From Candidatus Saccharimonas sp. (GTDB lineage Bacteria; Patescibacteriota; Saccharimonadia; Saccharimonadales; Saccharimonadaceae), in the NCBI GenBank assembly GCA_015256915.3, contig CP076101.2, positions 330,001 through 362,000 on the forward strand: a stretch of DNA of 32,000 bases, read 5' to 3'. Shown piece by piece: positions 1-9,149 of the stretch (within the stretch, counting starts at the first letter, position 1; each line of letters opens with the position of its first letter). The translations under genes were made by a program, and so were the position numbers. The notes under the pieces were generated by a model that saw nothing but the letters and a program-made list of their open reading frames with translations, had not been told where the DNA came from and ran no database searches.

Positions 1-1296
1 ACTTTTCTTAACAATAGCAAAGAAGAATCTATCGTTTTCGGTGCTCCTGAATTTATTCTAAAAAACCTTTCAAAAGATAGTAAATCTGAAAGTATTTCGA
101 AAAAAATCGACAATTTAGCGTCTCAGGGCTTGCGAGTTTTACTTCTAGCAAAATTTCAAAAATCTGGCAAAATTTCAAAACTTCTCGAAAGCGAAAAACT
201 TGAGCCAATTGCAATAATTACACTTAAAAATACCCTGAGACCAAATGTTCAAGAAACCGTTAGTTTTTTGCAAAATCGTGGCGTTTCAATTCGTGTAATT
301 TCCGGAGATAATCCACGAACTGTGAGTTTTATTGCTCTTGAGGCCGGAATTAAAAATGCTGAAAAATACATAACTGGCGCAGAACTTGCTAATCTTTCGA
401 AAAAAGACTTCGAAAAGTCTGTTCTTGAAAATACAATTTTTGCACGAGTCTTGCCTGAACAAAAAGAGAAAATTATTGGTGTTTTTCAGAAAAACAAACT
501 ATATACAGGAATGATTGGCGATGGTGTAAATGACGCTCTTGCGATTAAAAAATCAGATTTGGGAATTTCTATGTTTGATGGCGCTCCTGCAACTCGCCGT
601 GTGGCAGATTTAGTTTTAATGGATAATTCTTTCACTTCTCTACCAAGTGGCGTGAAGGTTGGGAATAGAATTATGCTTTCGATTGAGATGATTGCGATTT
701 TGTTCTTCCATAAAATTATTCTTGGTGTAACAATTCTTTTTGCAACAATGCTTGCCGGCGTCAATTACCCATTCCTACCACGTCATATTACTTATATGAA
801 CTTTATTTTAGTGACAATGCCAACAGTTTTGACCACACTTTTTCCACCAATACCTAAAGCTAAAATTAACCCTAAGAACTTCTGGCGGGACACACTTTAT
901 TCAATTGCACCAGTAGCAATTTTAAGTGGTTTAGCAATTTCATTTATTTATATTAGTTTATATTTTAAAGTTGATGGCAGTCTCGCAAGTAAGCACATAA
1001 TGCATGGAATTTTAGCAACCGTTGTAATTGTAACCGCTTGGTTCGGTGTTTTTGCAACAATCTTGAGCGAAATATTCCTTGGCTCAAAGCCCTCAAAAAA
1101 TAACAAAATTCGTAGAACAATATATATTATTGGAACTTTAATTTTCACTGGTGTAATTTTTAGCGCTCCGATCTTACGTGAATTTTTCGAATTTAACTTG
1201 CCAAACATTAGTCAATTCTGGTTTATTTGCTCAGTGATTATTCTTGTTTCAGTTATCCAGTTATTTATTGCTTCAAGCAGATCTAAAAATAAATAG
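1..1296 (+). CDS. P-type (HAD-IC) cation-transporting ATPase, C-terminal part; 5' end lies outside the window
   Basis: Frame 1 is open from base 1, so the track Met at 130 is internal. GDGVNDALAIKKSDLGISM matches the P-type ATPase GDGxND hinge signature and is followed by several hydrophobic TM segments. Confidence 0.85.
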   Translation, partial: TFLNNSKEESIVFGAPEFILKNLSKDSKSESISKKIDNLASQGLRVLLLAKFQKSGKISKLLESEKLEPIAIITLKNTLRPNVQETVSFLQNRGVSIRVISGDNPRTVSFIALEAGIKNAEKYITGAELANLSKKDFEKSVLENTIFARVLPEQKEKIIGVFQKNKLYTGMIGDGVNDALAIKKSDLGISMFDGAPATRRVADLVLMDNSFTSLPSGVKVGNRIMLSIEMIAILFFHKIILGVTILFATMLAGVNYPFLPRHITYMNFILVTMPTVLTTLFPPIPKAKINPKNFWRDTLYSIAPVAILSGLAISFIYISLYFKVDGSLASKHIMHGILATVVIVTAWFGVFATILSEIFLGSKPSKNNKIRRTIYIIGTLIFTGVIFSAPILREFFEFNLPNISQFWFICSVIILVSVIQLFIASSRSKNK

Positions 1297-1320
1297 TCTC
1301 TCGGGAGGCTATTTTTATTA
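1295..1320 (+). terminator. intrinsic terminator after the ATPase gene
   Basis: AGTCTC-TCGG-GAGGCT hairpin (one G.U pair) followed by ATTTTTATTATTT. Confidence 0.55.
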
Positions 1321-1377
1321 TTTCGAAAAGCCAGCTATCACTAGTTCTTAGATTTTAAACAACTCTCTTTAGGAAGT

Positions 1378-1407
1378 AAAAATAAAATCAGGTCATTAAG
1401 CCTGATT
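1378..1407 (-). terminator. intrinsic terminator after the TPR gene
   Basis: On the minus strand, AATCAGG-CTTAATGA-CCTGATT starts right after the stop codon and is followed by TTATTTTT. Confidence 0.55.
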
Positions 1408-2076
1408 TTACATTGCAATTTTTTTGGTTGAAATTGATTCATTAGAGATTCGGTTTTGTTTTATAACCCTTCTGTTATCTTTTAACAACTCCAATCTATC
1501 TTTAATTTCTTTTGCTTTTTCTATATTTTCAACTTTAAGATAGAGCGCACCGAGAGTTCGTAAAGTTTGAGGTCTTTCGTCAAGTTCTATAGCCTTTTCT
1601 AGTGCTGAAATCGCCAATTTATCTTTTCCCATTTTTTCAAGAGCTCGGGCGTAAGCAATATATCGAGTCGGCACAGAATCTTCAATTTCTATAGCTTGTT
1701 CAAATGCTAGGGCAGCTTTTTGATAATTCTCGGTTTCAAGATAGATTAAGCCAACGTTATGAAGACTCGATGCGCTACTTTCTAAGCTTTGAGCAATTTC
1801 GAAACATTCAATAGCATCGTCAAACTTCTTTTGGCCCGCATATATTATCCCTAAACGGTTATATGCCGTAGCATTTCTTTCATCAAATCGCAAAATTGTT
1901 AATAAAACTTTCTCTGCTCGCAAATATTTTTTATCAATAATTGCCTCTTGCGCTACACGCCACAGCTTATCAATTTTATTCGCAAAATTATCTGGTAGGG
2001 CATTTTTTGTTAATTTTTCAGGATTTTTTAGAAAAACATAAGCACTAAGAACAATAATTAAAATCAAAACTAACAT
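1408..2076 (-). CDS. membrane-anchored tetratricopeptide (TPR) repeat protein
   Basis: N-terminal hydrophobic helix, then repeated 34-aa A/Y/G-pattern units (for example YNRLGIIYAGQKKFDDAIECFEIA and HNVGLIYLETENYQKAALAFEQAI). Confidence 0.7.
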   Translation of the reverse strand: MLVLILIIVLSAYVFLKNPEKLTKNALPDNFANKIDKLWRVAQEAIIDKKYLRAEKVLLTILRFDERNATAYNRLGIIYAGQKKFDDAIECFEIAQSLESSASSLHNVGLIYLETENYQKAALAFEQAIEIEDSVPTRYIAYARALEKMGKDKLAISALEKAIELDERPQTLRTLGALYLKVENIEKAKEIKDRLELLKDNRRVIKQNRISNESISTKKIAM

Positions 2077-2084
2077 ACCAATAT

Positions 2085-2114
2085 ATTATAGCATAGAAAT
2101 CAGCATTTTAGCAA
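2085..2114 (-). promoter_or_regulatory. sigma70-type promoter 8 nt upstream of the TPR gene ATG (near-leaderless)
   Basis: Minus strand reads TTGCTA-18 nt-TGcTATAAT, then ATATTGGT, then ATG. There is no SD. Confidence 0.5.
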
Positions 2115-2117
2115 ATT

Positions 2118-2909
2118 TTAGCCAATAATTAAATCAAGCAGAACCAACTTGATATTTCCATTTTTAGAGATCCTATCATAAGCTCTAAGAATTTTCTTTG
2201 CCGTTGTTGCTCCTTTTTTTGGATTTTGAGCAAAAGTTTGGTCAACCATTTTAAGCAAAATTTCTAAAAACTTTAGAATATCATTTCTTTCCAGTTTTAA
2301 ATCTTTTACAATTAATATTTTTTCAAATTTCGAACCCAAAAACCACCTTTTTGCAAATTCAGCAATCTCCATCTGTTCATTAAAATATTTTTTACTGTTC
2401 AAAAGTTTATCAATTTCACCAGGTAAACCATTCGCCATAAATAGAATTTTTTTCTTATCATCTTCACTCAATTTTGATTTTTGCAGCATCTTAATCGAAT
2501 CAATTTCCGATATTGGCGGAATTCGTAAAATCTGCGCTCGTGAAAGTATAGTCTTTTCGAAGGCATTCTTATTTTCAGTCAAAAGCACAAAAGATGTATT
2601 AGCATTTGGTTCTTCAAAAAGCTTCAAGAATTTATTTTGCGCAGATTCATTCATTTTTTCAGCATTCATCAATACGAAACAACGTTTTTTTACACTTTTT
2701 ACATTTGCTTTTTGCTGTAAAAATTCAATATCTTCAACATTGATAATTTCAGTTTTTTGCGCACCGTGAATAGTTGGCCTGAATTCAATTATTTGAATAT
2801 CTTTCAAAAATTTTAACTTTTTTAGAGCAAATTCAAAACCGAACCCACGAGGGATTTCCACAATCGTTGCATGCGAATTTAAAATTATATTTTCAAAGAA
2901 ATCTTTCAT
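2118..2909 (-). CDS. holB: DNA polymerase III delta-prime subunit-like (clamp-loader AAA+)
   Basis: FLKLFEEPNANTSFVLLTENKNAFEKTILSRAQILRIPPIS matches the delta-prime sensor and SRC-type region (KxLEEP...ILSR). Confidence 0.6.
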   Translation of the reverse strand: MKDFFENIILNSHATIVEIPRGFGFEFALKKLKFLKDIQIIEFRPTIHGAQKTEIINVEDIEFLQQKANVKSVKKRCFVLMNAEKMNESAQNKFLKLFEEPNANTSFVLLTENKNAFEKTILSRAQILRIPPISEIDSIKMLQKSKLSEDDKKKILFMANGLPGEIDKLLNSKKYFNEQMEIAEFAKRWFLGSKFEKILIVKDLKLERNDILKFLEILLKMVDQTFAQNPKKGATTAKKILRAYDRISKNGNIKLVLLDLIIG

Positions 2910-2911
2910 TT

Positions 2912-4093
2912 TTATAACTCAAAATTTTCAGGAGTTTCTGCTTCGAAAATCATTCTTTGCGATTCTTTTTCACCCTTTTTTGGTGGAATTGTAATCTCTA
3001 AACTTTGCGCATGCAAAAACATCCTATCTTCACTTTCAGATTTCGAAATATTTTTATCATAAACTCTATCGCCTAAAATTGGATGGTTTAGATAGCTTAA
3101 ATGAACACGCAATTGATGTGTTCGACCAGTTTTTGGCATAAGTTTTACTAACGAAAAATTTTCATTTTCCTTAAGAATTTCATATTTAGTTTGGGCTGGC
3201 TTTCCTTTTGCATGAATCATGAAAGTGCTCGGAGCTGAGCCGTTTCTCGCAATAGGTAGATCAATTAAGGCTTTTTTTGGATTCAAAACACCTTTAACGA
3301 TTGCCACATAGGTTTTTTTCGCAGTCCGTTCTGAAAATTGCTTTTGCAGCTTTTTAGCAGCTTCATCATTTTTTGCGCCAATTATTACACCGGAAGTCTC
3401 ACGGTCAAGCCTATGAATAATCCCAACACGATTTGTCCCTTTACCAAATTTTGCGCCACGACTTTCAAAAAAATCCGCAACAGTAAATTCATCATTCAAA
3501 GCACCTTTGCTATGCGTTAGAATTCCACGAGGCTTATTTATTACAATAACATTTTCATCTTCAAAAAGTATTGGAAAGTTGATTTTTTCAGCAGTTTTTT
3601 CTGGAATTTCGAGCTTAATCTTATCACCTTTTTCAATTGCATCTTTTGGTTTTTTCGCGATTCTTCCATTTACTTTTACAAAGCCATTTTTAATATATTT
3701 TTGAATTGTTGCTCGCGAAAATTCTGGGTAATTTTCAGTCAAATAAATATCGAGTCTTGTTTTTGAAGCAATATTTCGAAAGAGATAGATATCTTTACCT
3801 TCAAACGGTAAAGCAAAGCTCATCATTGAATCAAGTGGATTCTTAATTAATTCACCTTCAATATCACCAAAATGCTTTCGAAGAAGATCTTGAATATAGA
3901 ATTCATCATCTTCAGCCATTCCATCAACCACGATAAAAAACTTATGTTTGTTAAATTTAAAAGTGAAAATTTCTGAAAATTCATCGGCGGTAATCTTTTT
4001 TAGCTCTTCAACATCTCGCGGAACATTTTCTTCACCTGCAACTTGAAACTTTCGCAAAATTTTTAAAATATCACCAGAATTAAACTTTGCCAT
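2912..4093 (-). CDS. rluD: RluA/RluD-family 23S rRNA pseudouridine synthase with an S4 domain and a ~100-aa N-terminal extension
   Basis: HRLDRETSGVIIGAKN catalytic motif and an S4-like RLDIYLTE...VKVNGR segment. I prefer the ATG at 4093 (GGAG 6 nt upstream) over the track start at 4114. Confidence 0.8.
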   Translation of the reverse strand: MAKFNSGDILKILRKFQVAGEENVPRDVEELKKITADEFSEIFTFKFNKHKFFIVVDGMAEDDEFYIQDLLRKHFGDIEGELIKNPLDSMMSFALPFEGKDIYLFRNIASKTRLDIYLTENYPEFSRATIQKYIKNGFVKVNGRIAKKPKDAIEKGDKIKLEIPEKTAEKINFPILFEDENVIVINKPRGILTHSKGALNDEFTVADFFESRGAKFGKGTNRVGIIHRLDRETSGVIIGAKNDEAAKKLQKQFSERTAKKTYVAIVKGVLNPKKALIDLPIARNGSAPSTFMIHAKGKPAQTKYEILKENENFSLVKLMPKTGRTHQLRVHLSYLNHPILGDRVYDKNISKSESEDRMFLHAQSLEITIPPKKGEKESQRMIFEAETPENFEL

Positions 4094-5120
4094 TTTTATC
4101 TCCAAAATAATCAATCTTCATTGCTTGTTTAACTTCTTTAAGGGTTTGCGCTGCGATTTTTTCAGCCTTTAAGCTTCCTTTTCTAAGAATTTCATAAATT
4201 ATTTCAGGATTTTTTTCTAGCTCAGCTCGTTTTTCACGAATAGGCTTCAAAACTTTATCCATCTCTTCGATCAAGTATTTTTTAACCGCAACATCACCCA
4301 AGCCACCTTTTTGGTAGTGAGCTTTCATTTCAGCAACTTTCTCTTTATCTTCAGCAAAAATATCAAGATACGCAAAAACTACGTTTCCTTCAATCTTTCC
4401 AGGATCTTCAACCCGAATATGCTCAGGGTCGGTATACATTTTCATCACCTTCGCACGCATTTCTTCAAAAGAATCTGCCAGATAAATACCGTTGTTTAAG
4501 CTTTTGCTCATTTTAGCTTCCATTCCATTAATTCCCGGCAAGCGTCGTTCAATACCTTCTTTAGAAAGAATAACCTCCGGCTCAACAAGCGTATCTGTTT
4601 CATATGTTTGATTGAATGATCGAGAAATTTCGCGAGTCAGTTCAATCATTGGCATCTGGTCTTCACCAACTGGTACATGAGTTGCTTTAAAAGCCGTAAT
4701 ATCCGCCGCCTGCGAAATTGGGTAAAATACAAAACCGCTCGGTACGCCTTCACCGAAGTTTTTTTGCTTGATTTCAGTTTTAACGGTCGGGTTCCGCTCA
4801 AGGCGAGAAATCGAAACTAGGTTCGCATAATACATCGCAAGTTCTGGTAGTTGTGAGATTTGACTTTGCACAAAAATTGTAGTTTTCGAAGGGTCGATTC
4901 CTGCTGCTAAATAATCTAAAGCAACCTGCAAAACATTATTTCGAACTTTTTCAGGATTTTTTGCATTATCAGTTAAAGCTTGCGTGTCGGCAATCATAAT
5001 AAAAGTTTCATATTCGCCCGAATTCTGCAATTCCACGCGCTTTTTTAGTGAGCCAACATAATGACCAATATGCAATTTCCCAGTTGGTCGGTCGCCCGTT
5101 AAAATAACTTTTTTATTCAT
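4080..5120 (-). CDS. trpS: tryptophanyl-tRNA synthetase
   Basis: Class I HIGH motif (KLHIGHYVG), KMSKS motif, and TrpRS-like length and sequence. AAGGAG SD upstream. Confidence 0.9.
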   Translation of the reverse strand: MNKKVILTGDRPTGKLHIGHYVGSLKKRVELQNSGEYETFIMIADTQALTDNAKNPEKVRNNVLQVALDYLAAGIDPSKTTIFVQSQISQLPELAMYYANLVSISRLERNPTVKTEIKQKNFGEGVPSGFVFYPISQAADITAFKATHVPVGEDQMPMIELTREISRSFNQTYETDTLVEPEVILSKEGIERRLPGINGMEAKMSKSLNNGIYLADSFEEMRAKVMKMYTDPEHIRVEDPGKIEGNVVFAYLDIFAEDKEKVAEMKAHYQKGGLGDVAVKKYLIEEMDKVLKPIREKRAELEKNPEIIYEILRKGSLKAEKIAAQTLKEVKQAMKIDYFGDKNGKV

Positions 5121-5928
5121 ATTTCTCCTTTAAAATCTTATCAATACCTTTCGAAACCTGCTCAATCATTGACCTCGTCGGGTCGTGAGCACTCAAAACT
5201 CTTGAAGTTGTGATATTTTTATTGATCCTACCAAGTTTTCGAATATTTCGCCCAATCACAACAGGGTCAAAAACTCCATAAATAATTTTAGTTGGCGTTT
5301 TAGTTTTTGAAAGTACCGCGAAAGTATCTTGTTCAATTATTGCTTCTTTTAAAGATCTTCGAATCGGCCTAAATTGTTCTTGAGATTCAAATTTATCAAC
5401 ATCAACCGCACCAGTATCAATAACTGCATTCACGAATTTAATTGATTTTTCGGGCTTCTTAACGATTTTTTCATAACCTTTTTTTAAAATAGATTCCTGG
5501 ATTGTGCCGCGCGCTTCTTCTGGTGAATAAATTGGCGGTGAAAGTAGAAAAATTCCATCTACTACATTCGAATACTTTTTCGAAAATTCTGCCGCTACCA
5601 AAGATCCCATTGAATGCCCAACTAGGAAGAGCGGTTTTTTATATTTTTTCATTAGAAAAGTCATCCTTCGAATAGCTCTTGCTTGGACTCCAAGCTGTTG
5701 GGCGCCTGGCCATTTTGGTTTAGGAGATTCTCCGTGCCCAATTAGGTCAACCGCATAAATATCAAGTTCGCCCTCAATTTCACTTTCGGCTTTTTGCCAC
5801 ATTCCAGCATCACTCGCAATTCCATGAATAAAAATCACCACAGCTTTTGGGTTTTGAGACTTTCGCATTTTTGTAATATTTAATCTATATGGAATGCGTA
5901 AAGTTTTATGCAAAAATGAATCTAACAT
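5113..5928 (-). CDS. alpha/beta-fold hydrolase
   Basis: GHSMGS nucleophile elbow (GxSxG) and an HG oxyanion region (FIHGIASD). Confidence 0.7.
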   Translation of the reverse strand: MLDSFLHKTLRIPYRLNITKMRKSQNPKAVVIFIHGIASDAGMWQKAESEIEGELDIYAVDLIGHGESPKPKWPGAQQLGVQARAIRRMTFLMKKYKKPLFLVGHSMGSLVAAEFSKKYSNVVDGIFLLSPPIYSPEEARGTIQESILKKGYEKIVKKPEKSIKFVNAVIDTGAVDVDKFESQEQFRPIRRSLKEAIIEQDTFAVLSKTKTPTKIIYGVFDPVVIGRNIRKLGRINKNITTSRVLSAHDPTRSMIEQVSKGIDKILKEKYE

Positions 5929-5935
5929 TAAAAAT

Positions 5936-5944
5936 AGTATACCA
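5936..5944 (-). promoter_or_regulatory. extended -10 box 7 nt upstream of the hydrolase ATG (leaderless-type)
   Basis: Minus strand reads TGgTATACT, then ATTTTTA, then ATG. There is no SD. Confidence 0.4.
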
Positions 5945-6027
5945 TAAAATACACAAAAAATAAAGCTAAGCTATTTTTATAATAAATGCTAATTTAGTCC
6001 TACATATATAAATATTAAATAATTTAA

Positions 6028-6050
6028 AAGCCCCTCTAATGAGGGGGCTT
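6028..6050 (-). terminator. intrinsic terminator after the LPXTG gene (bidirectional shape)
   Basis: AAGCCCCTC-TAAT-GAGGGGGCTT hairpin flanked by A-rich and T-rich runs. Confidence 0.6.
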
Positions 6051-6075
6051 ATTTTAGTTGATAGACTGAGTTATT

Positions 6076-6666
6076 TTAAGACTTTTTTCGAAGCACAAAC
6101 CACGCCAGAGTAGCTGTTAGCAACCCTAGCAAGGTTATGCCAGCTGAATCTTTTTCACCAGTTTCTGGCAATTGAGGTTTATCAGGTTTAGCTGGATCTT
6201 TTTGATCTTTAGTTGGATCTGGCGTTGGCGCTGGATTTGGATCTGGCGTTGGCGCTGGAGTTGGATCTGGCGTTGGCGCTGGAGTTTCTTTCTTCTTGTA
6301 TTTTAGGTACATCTCAACGTACCCGTCTGATGCACCATAGAAATACGTGTTAGCTATCTCATGCGTCATGAGATAGCCCGGCATCCAATCAGGATGGGTG
6401 ACTATTTCATATCCATCAATATCTTTATAAATATTGATGCTTTCACCAGGGTTTATAACCCCAGTTTTAGGCGGTGCAATTTCTTGCCCCCCTCCAATAT
6501 GATACCTAATACGGTATTTCAATGGCTGTAGTGTTCCCATCTCTTCTGCTTTTACAATAGTAGCACCAAAAATAGGTGTATCAGTTAAAGCTGGAACAGT
6601 AACACCGAGAATAGCGACAGAGAGTAACGAAATACCAAGTTTGGTCCATTTATTAGTTTTCTTCAT
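6076..6666 (-). CDS. LPXTG cell-wall-anchored surface protein (signal peptide, small MucBP-like beta domain, Pro/Thr/Asp linker, LPETG sorting signal)
   Basis: C-terminal LPETG, then a hydrophobic stretch, then RKKS. N-terminal signal peptide. YRIRYHIGGGQEIAPPKTGVINPGESI...GYEIV resembles MucBP repeats (my inference). AAGGAGG SD. Confidence 0.85.
   Translation of the reverse strand: MKKTNKWTKLGISLLSVAILGVTVPALTDTPIFGATIVKAEEMGTLQPLKYRIRYHIGGGQEIAPPKTGVINPGESINIYKDIDGYEIVTHPDWMPGYLMTHEIANTYFYGASDGYVEMYLKYKKKETPAPTPDPTPAPTPDPNPAPTPDPTKDQKDPAKPDKPQLPETGEKDSAGITLLGLLTATLAWFVLRKKS
6213..6284. repeat. three tandem copies of a 24-bp unit inside the LPXTG gene
   Basis: TTGGATCTGGCGTTGGCGCTGGA(G/T) at 6213-6236, 6237-6260 and 6261-6284, with one substitution. 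It encodes the (PAPTPDP[TN])x3 linker. Confidence 0.9.
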
Positions 6667-6710
6667 ATTTTTTTCCTCCTTAGGAATTTTTATTTTTGCC
6701 TTTTAGACAT

Positions 6711-6804
6711 TATGCAACAAAAAGGCTTCCATCAAGACCACAAAAAGGAAAAATATGAGTAACCAAAACTCATTCTTCAACTTTTAATGTTCTTGATAGA
6801 AGCC
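6711..6804 (-). promoter_or_regulatory. long rod-like hairpin plus U5 in the 5' leader of the LPXTG gene (attenuator candidate)
   Basis: The 14-nt arms 6724-6737 and 6791-6804 pair perfectly on the minus-strand RNA, where the single non-Watson-Crick position is a G.U. On the plus strand that position is a C.A mismatch. Apical hairpin at 6755-6773. Followed on the minus strand by UUUUUGUUG. Confidence 0.45.
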
Positions 6805-6842
6805 TTACTATTTAGTTTTAAGCTATCTATCAACTGAGTAGT

Positions 6843-6871
6843 AGTTTATCATATTTTTATATATTTGTCAA
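6843..6871 (-). promoter_or_regulatory. promoter of the LPXTG gene (about 170-nt leader)
   Basis: Minus strand reads TTGACA-17 nt-TGaTAAACT. Confidence 0.5.
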
Positions 6872-6914
6872 TAGTTTTTAGTAATTTTATAAAAATCACA
6901 ATCTATCTCTTTTA

Positions 6915-6943
6915 TTGAAAGCTATTTCGAAAAGTGATAAAAT
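6915..6943 (+). promoter_or_regulatory. queA promoter placing +1 on the A of the ATG (leaderless)
   Basis: TTGAAA (6915-6920), 17 nt, TGaTAAAAT (6935-6943), then 6 nt, then ATG at 6950. There is no SD. Confidence 0.55.
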
Positions 6944-6949
6944 ATAAAA

Positions 6950-8083
6950 ATGGAACTAAAAGATTACACTTATAAATTACCTGAAAATAAAATCGCAGCA
7001 CATCCGCCAAAAGTTCGTGGCAGTTCGAGATTACTAGCTTTAGATCGAAAAAGTGGTAAAATTACTGATAGCTTTTATAAAAATATTGTGGATTTCTTTG
7101 AGAGTGGCGATTTGCTCATCTTGAATGATACGAAAGTTATTAAAGCACGGCTTTTCGCCACAAAAGAGAGTGGAGCTGAGCGCGAATTAGTTGTTTTAGA
7201 GCGACACAGTTTTGATAGCGATTGGCACAAACATAAAGTTATGTATCGTGGAAAAATCAAATCTGGTGACAAGCTTTTTGTAAAAGATTCTTCATTAAAA
7301 GATCTCGCCAAAAATAATTTCGAAAAAGCAGAAATTAAAGTTGAAGAAATTCTTGGCGACGGACTCGCGATTGTGAGCTCAAAAATTGATCTTCGTGATC
7401 TTTGCGAAAACTTTGGTACAGTTCCTCTTCCGCCATATATGAGAAGAAACGCTACACCACTTGATATCGAGCGCTATCAAACTGTTTTTGCGGAAGAAAA
7501 AGGATCGGTTGCAGCACCAACCGCCAGCCTAAATATGACTGATGAAATTTTGAACTCATTAAGAGAAAAAGGCGTAGAAATTGCATACTTAACACTTCAT
7601 GTTGGGCTTGGAACTTTTATGCCAATTCGGGTTGAAAAAATTGAAGAACACCGAATGCATCAGGAATACTTTGAAATTCCAGTAAAAACTGTTGCAAAAA
7701 TTCAAAAAACCGCACAAAATGGCGGTAGAGTATTCGCACTCGGCACAACAGTCGCTAGAACACTCGAATATGCCCATAATGCAATTTTCGAAAAAAACCT
7801 AAACGGAAATTCTGGTAATCGTGAAGATTTAAGCAAGATTTCGAAATCTCAAAATGGTGATTTATCCGGTGAAGCAGATATTTTTATTTTTCCAGGATAT
7901 GAGTTTAAAACAATTCAAGGTTTAATCACGAATTTCCACGCGCCAAAATCAACAGTTTTAATGCTTGCAAGTGCTTTTGCCAGCTGGGAAAATCTTAAAA
8001 ATGCCTACAATCACGCAATTCAAAATGGTGAATATAAATTTCTATCATATGGCGATTCAATGATCATCTACCAAAATAAATAG
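6950..8083 (+). CDS. queA: S-adenosylmethionine:tRNA ribosyltransferase-isomerase
   Basis: The N-terminus YKLPENKIAAHPPKVRGSSRLLALDR...LILNDTKVIKARLF and the LPPYM motif are typical of QueA. Confidence 0.9.
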   Translation: MELKDYTYKLPENKIAAHPPKVRGSSRLLALDRKSGKITDSFYKNIVDFFESGDLLILNDTKVIKARLFATKESGAERELVVLERHSFDSDWHKHKVMYRGKIKSGDKLFVKDSSLKDLAKNNFEKAEIKVEEILGDGLAIVSSKIDLRDLCENFGTVPLPPYMRRNATPLDIERYQTVFAEEKGSVAAPTASLNMTDEILNSLREKGVEIAYLTLHVGLGTFMPIRVEKIEEHRMHQEYFEIPVKTVAKIQKTAQNGGRVFALGTTVARTLEYAHNAIFEKNLNGNSGNREDLSKISKSQNGDLSGEADIFIFPGYEFKTIQGLITNFHAPKSTVLMLASAFASWENLKNAYNHAIQNGEYKFLSYGDSMIIYQNK

Positions 8084-8110
8084 AGCGACTTAACGCTCTA
8101 TTTTACTTTC
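8082..8110. terminator. bidirectional terminator between queA and gpmA
   Basis: AGAGCG-ACTTAA-CGCTCT with T-rich tracts on both strands. Confidence 0.55.
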
Positions 8111-8117
8111 TCGAAAG

Positions 8118-8810
8118 TTATTCACCAAGCGAATATTCATTCAGAATATTAAGATTCTCATCAAACTCAAAAACGAGTGGCGGAAAGTTTGGAATTTCGA
8201 CTCCCATGATTTCATCATCGCTCAAGCCTTTGATGTGTTTTACAAGCGCGCGAATTGAGTTTCCATGAGCACCAACGAATACATTCTTTCCACTTTTTAG
8301 AGCTGGCGCAATTTGATCTTCCCAAAAAGGTAAAGCACGTTCTAGAGTAACTTTTAAGTTTTCAGCATCTGGAACAACTGAATCATCAAGCAAAGCATAA
8401 CGGCGATCATTATGTGCAGAATATTCATCATCTCGTGGCATTTCTAGTGGAAGCGTATCATAAGAACGACGCCAAATATGAACTTGCTCTTCGCCAAATT
8501 TTTCAGCCGCCTCGGCTTTATTCTTACCAGTTAAACCACCATAATGCCGCTCGTTCAAACGCCAGGATTTTTGAACTGGAACCCAAAGTTGGTCAGAAAA
8601 TTCCAAAGCCAAATTCGTTGTCTTAATCGCACGCTTTAGAACTGATGTAAAAGCCACATCAAACTCAATTCCCGCTTTTTTAATTAATTTTCCAGCATCA
8701 ATTGCTTGCTGAACACCTTTTTCACTCAAATCAACATCAGCCCAACCAGTAAAAAGATTCGCTTTATTCCATTCACTTTCACCATGTCTTGCAAAAACTA
8801 ATTTAGCCAT
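8118..8810 (-). CDS. gpmA: 2,3-bisphosphoglycerate-dependent phosphoglycerate mutase
   Basis: RHGESEWN catalytic motif and full-length dPGM-like sequence. AAGGAG SD. Confidence 0.9.
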   Translation of the reverse strand: MAKLVFARHGESEWNKANLFTGWADVDLSEKGVQQAIDAGKLIKKAGIEFDVAFTSVLKRAIKTTNLALEFSDQLWVPVQKSWRLNERHYGGLTGKNKAEAAEKFGEEQVHIWRRSYDTLPLEMPRDDEYSAHNDRRYALLDDSVVPDAENLKVTLERALPFWEDQIAPALKSGKNVFVGAHGNSIRALVKHIKGLSDDEIMGVEIPNFPPLVFEFDENLNILNEYSLGE

Positions 8811-8845
8811 TTTTCTCCTTTCAAAAATTCATTTTATCTATTTTA

Positions 8846-8874
8846 ATTTTAACACTTTCAAACCATTCCTTCAA
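8846..8874 (-). promoter_or_regulatory. gpmA promoter
   Basis: Minus strand reads TTGAAG-17 nt-TGtTAAAAT, followed by a short leader with an SD. Confidence 0.45.
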
Positions 8875-9014
8875 GCTTTAGCTTACAGCTTTTTCTTGGC
8901 TTAAGTATCAAAATATCGCAGAATTTACCACAATCGAATAATAGCTCTTTCAAAAAGTTAGGTGAACTATTTTTGGGTTATTTTTTGAAATTTCTTATTA
9001 AAGGAGGCTCCTAA

Positions 9015-9149
9015 ATGGCTAAAAAGAGTGAAATTCAAGATAAACTGGAAAAATTAAAGTCTATTTTAGAATTTAATGCAAAAATTAGCAAAACTCACAA
9101 GAGGCCAAAATCAGAACTTAAAAAATCTCAAACACAAAAAATCTTTTGA
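9015..9149 (+). CDS. hypothetical 44-aa Lys-rich protein
   Basis: Strong AAGGAGG 6-7 nt upstream of the ATG. Not in the ORF track because it is under 60 aa. No recognisable family. Confidence 0.35.
   Translation: MAKKSEIQDKLEKLKSILEFNAKISKTHKRPKSELKKSQTQKIF

Noticed and set aside
6213-6284. CRISPR array or non-coding repeat locus
   Set aside because: The only tandem repeat is in frame inside the LPXTG gene and has no spacers. No CRISPR-like repeat-spacer structure exists anywhere in the window.
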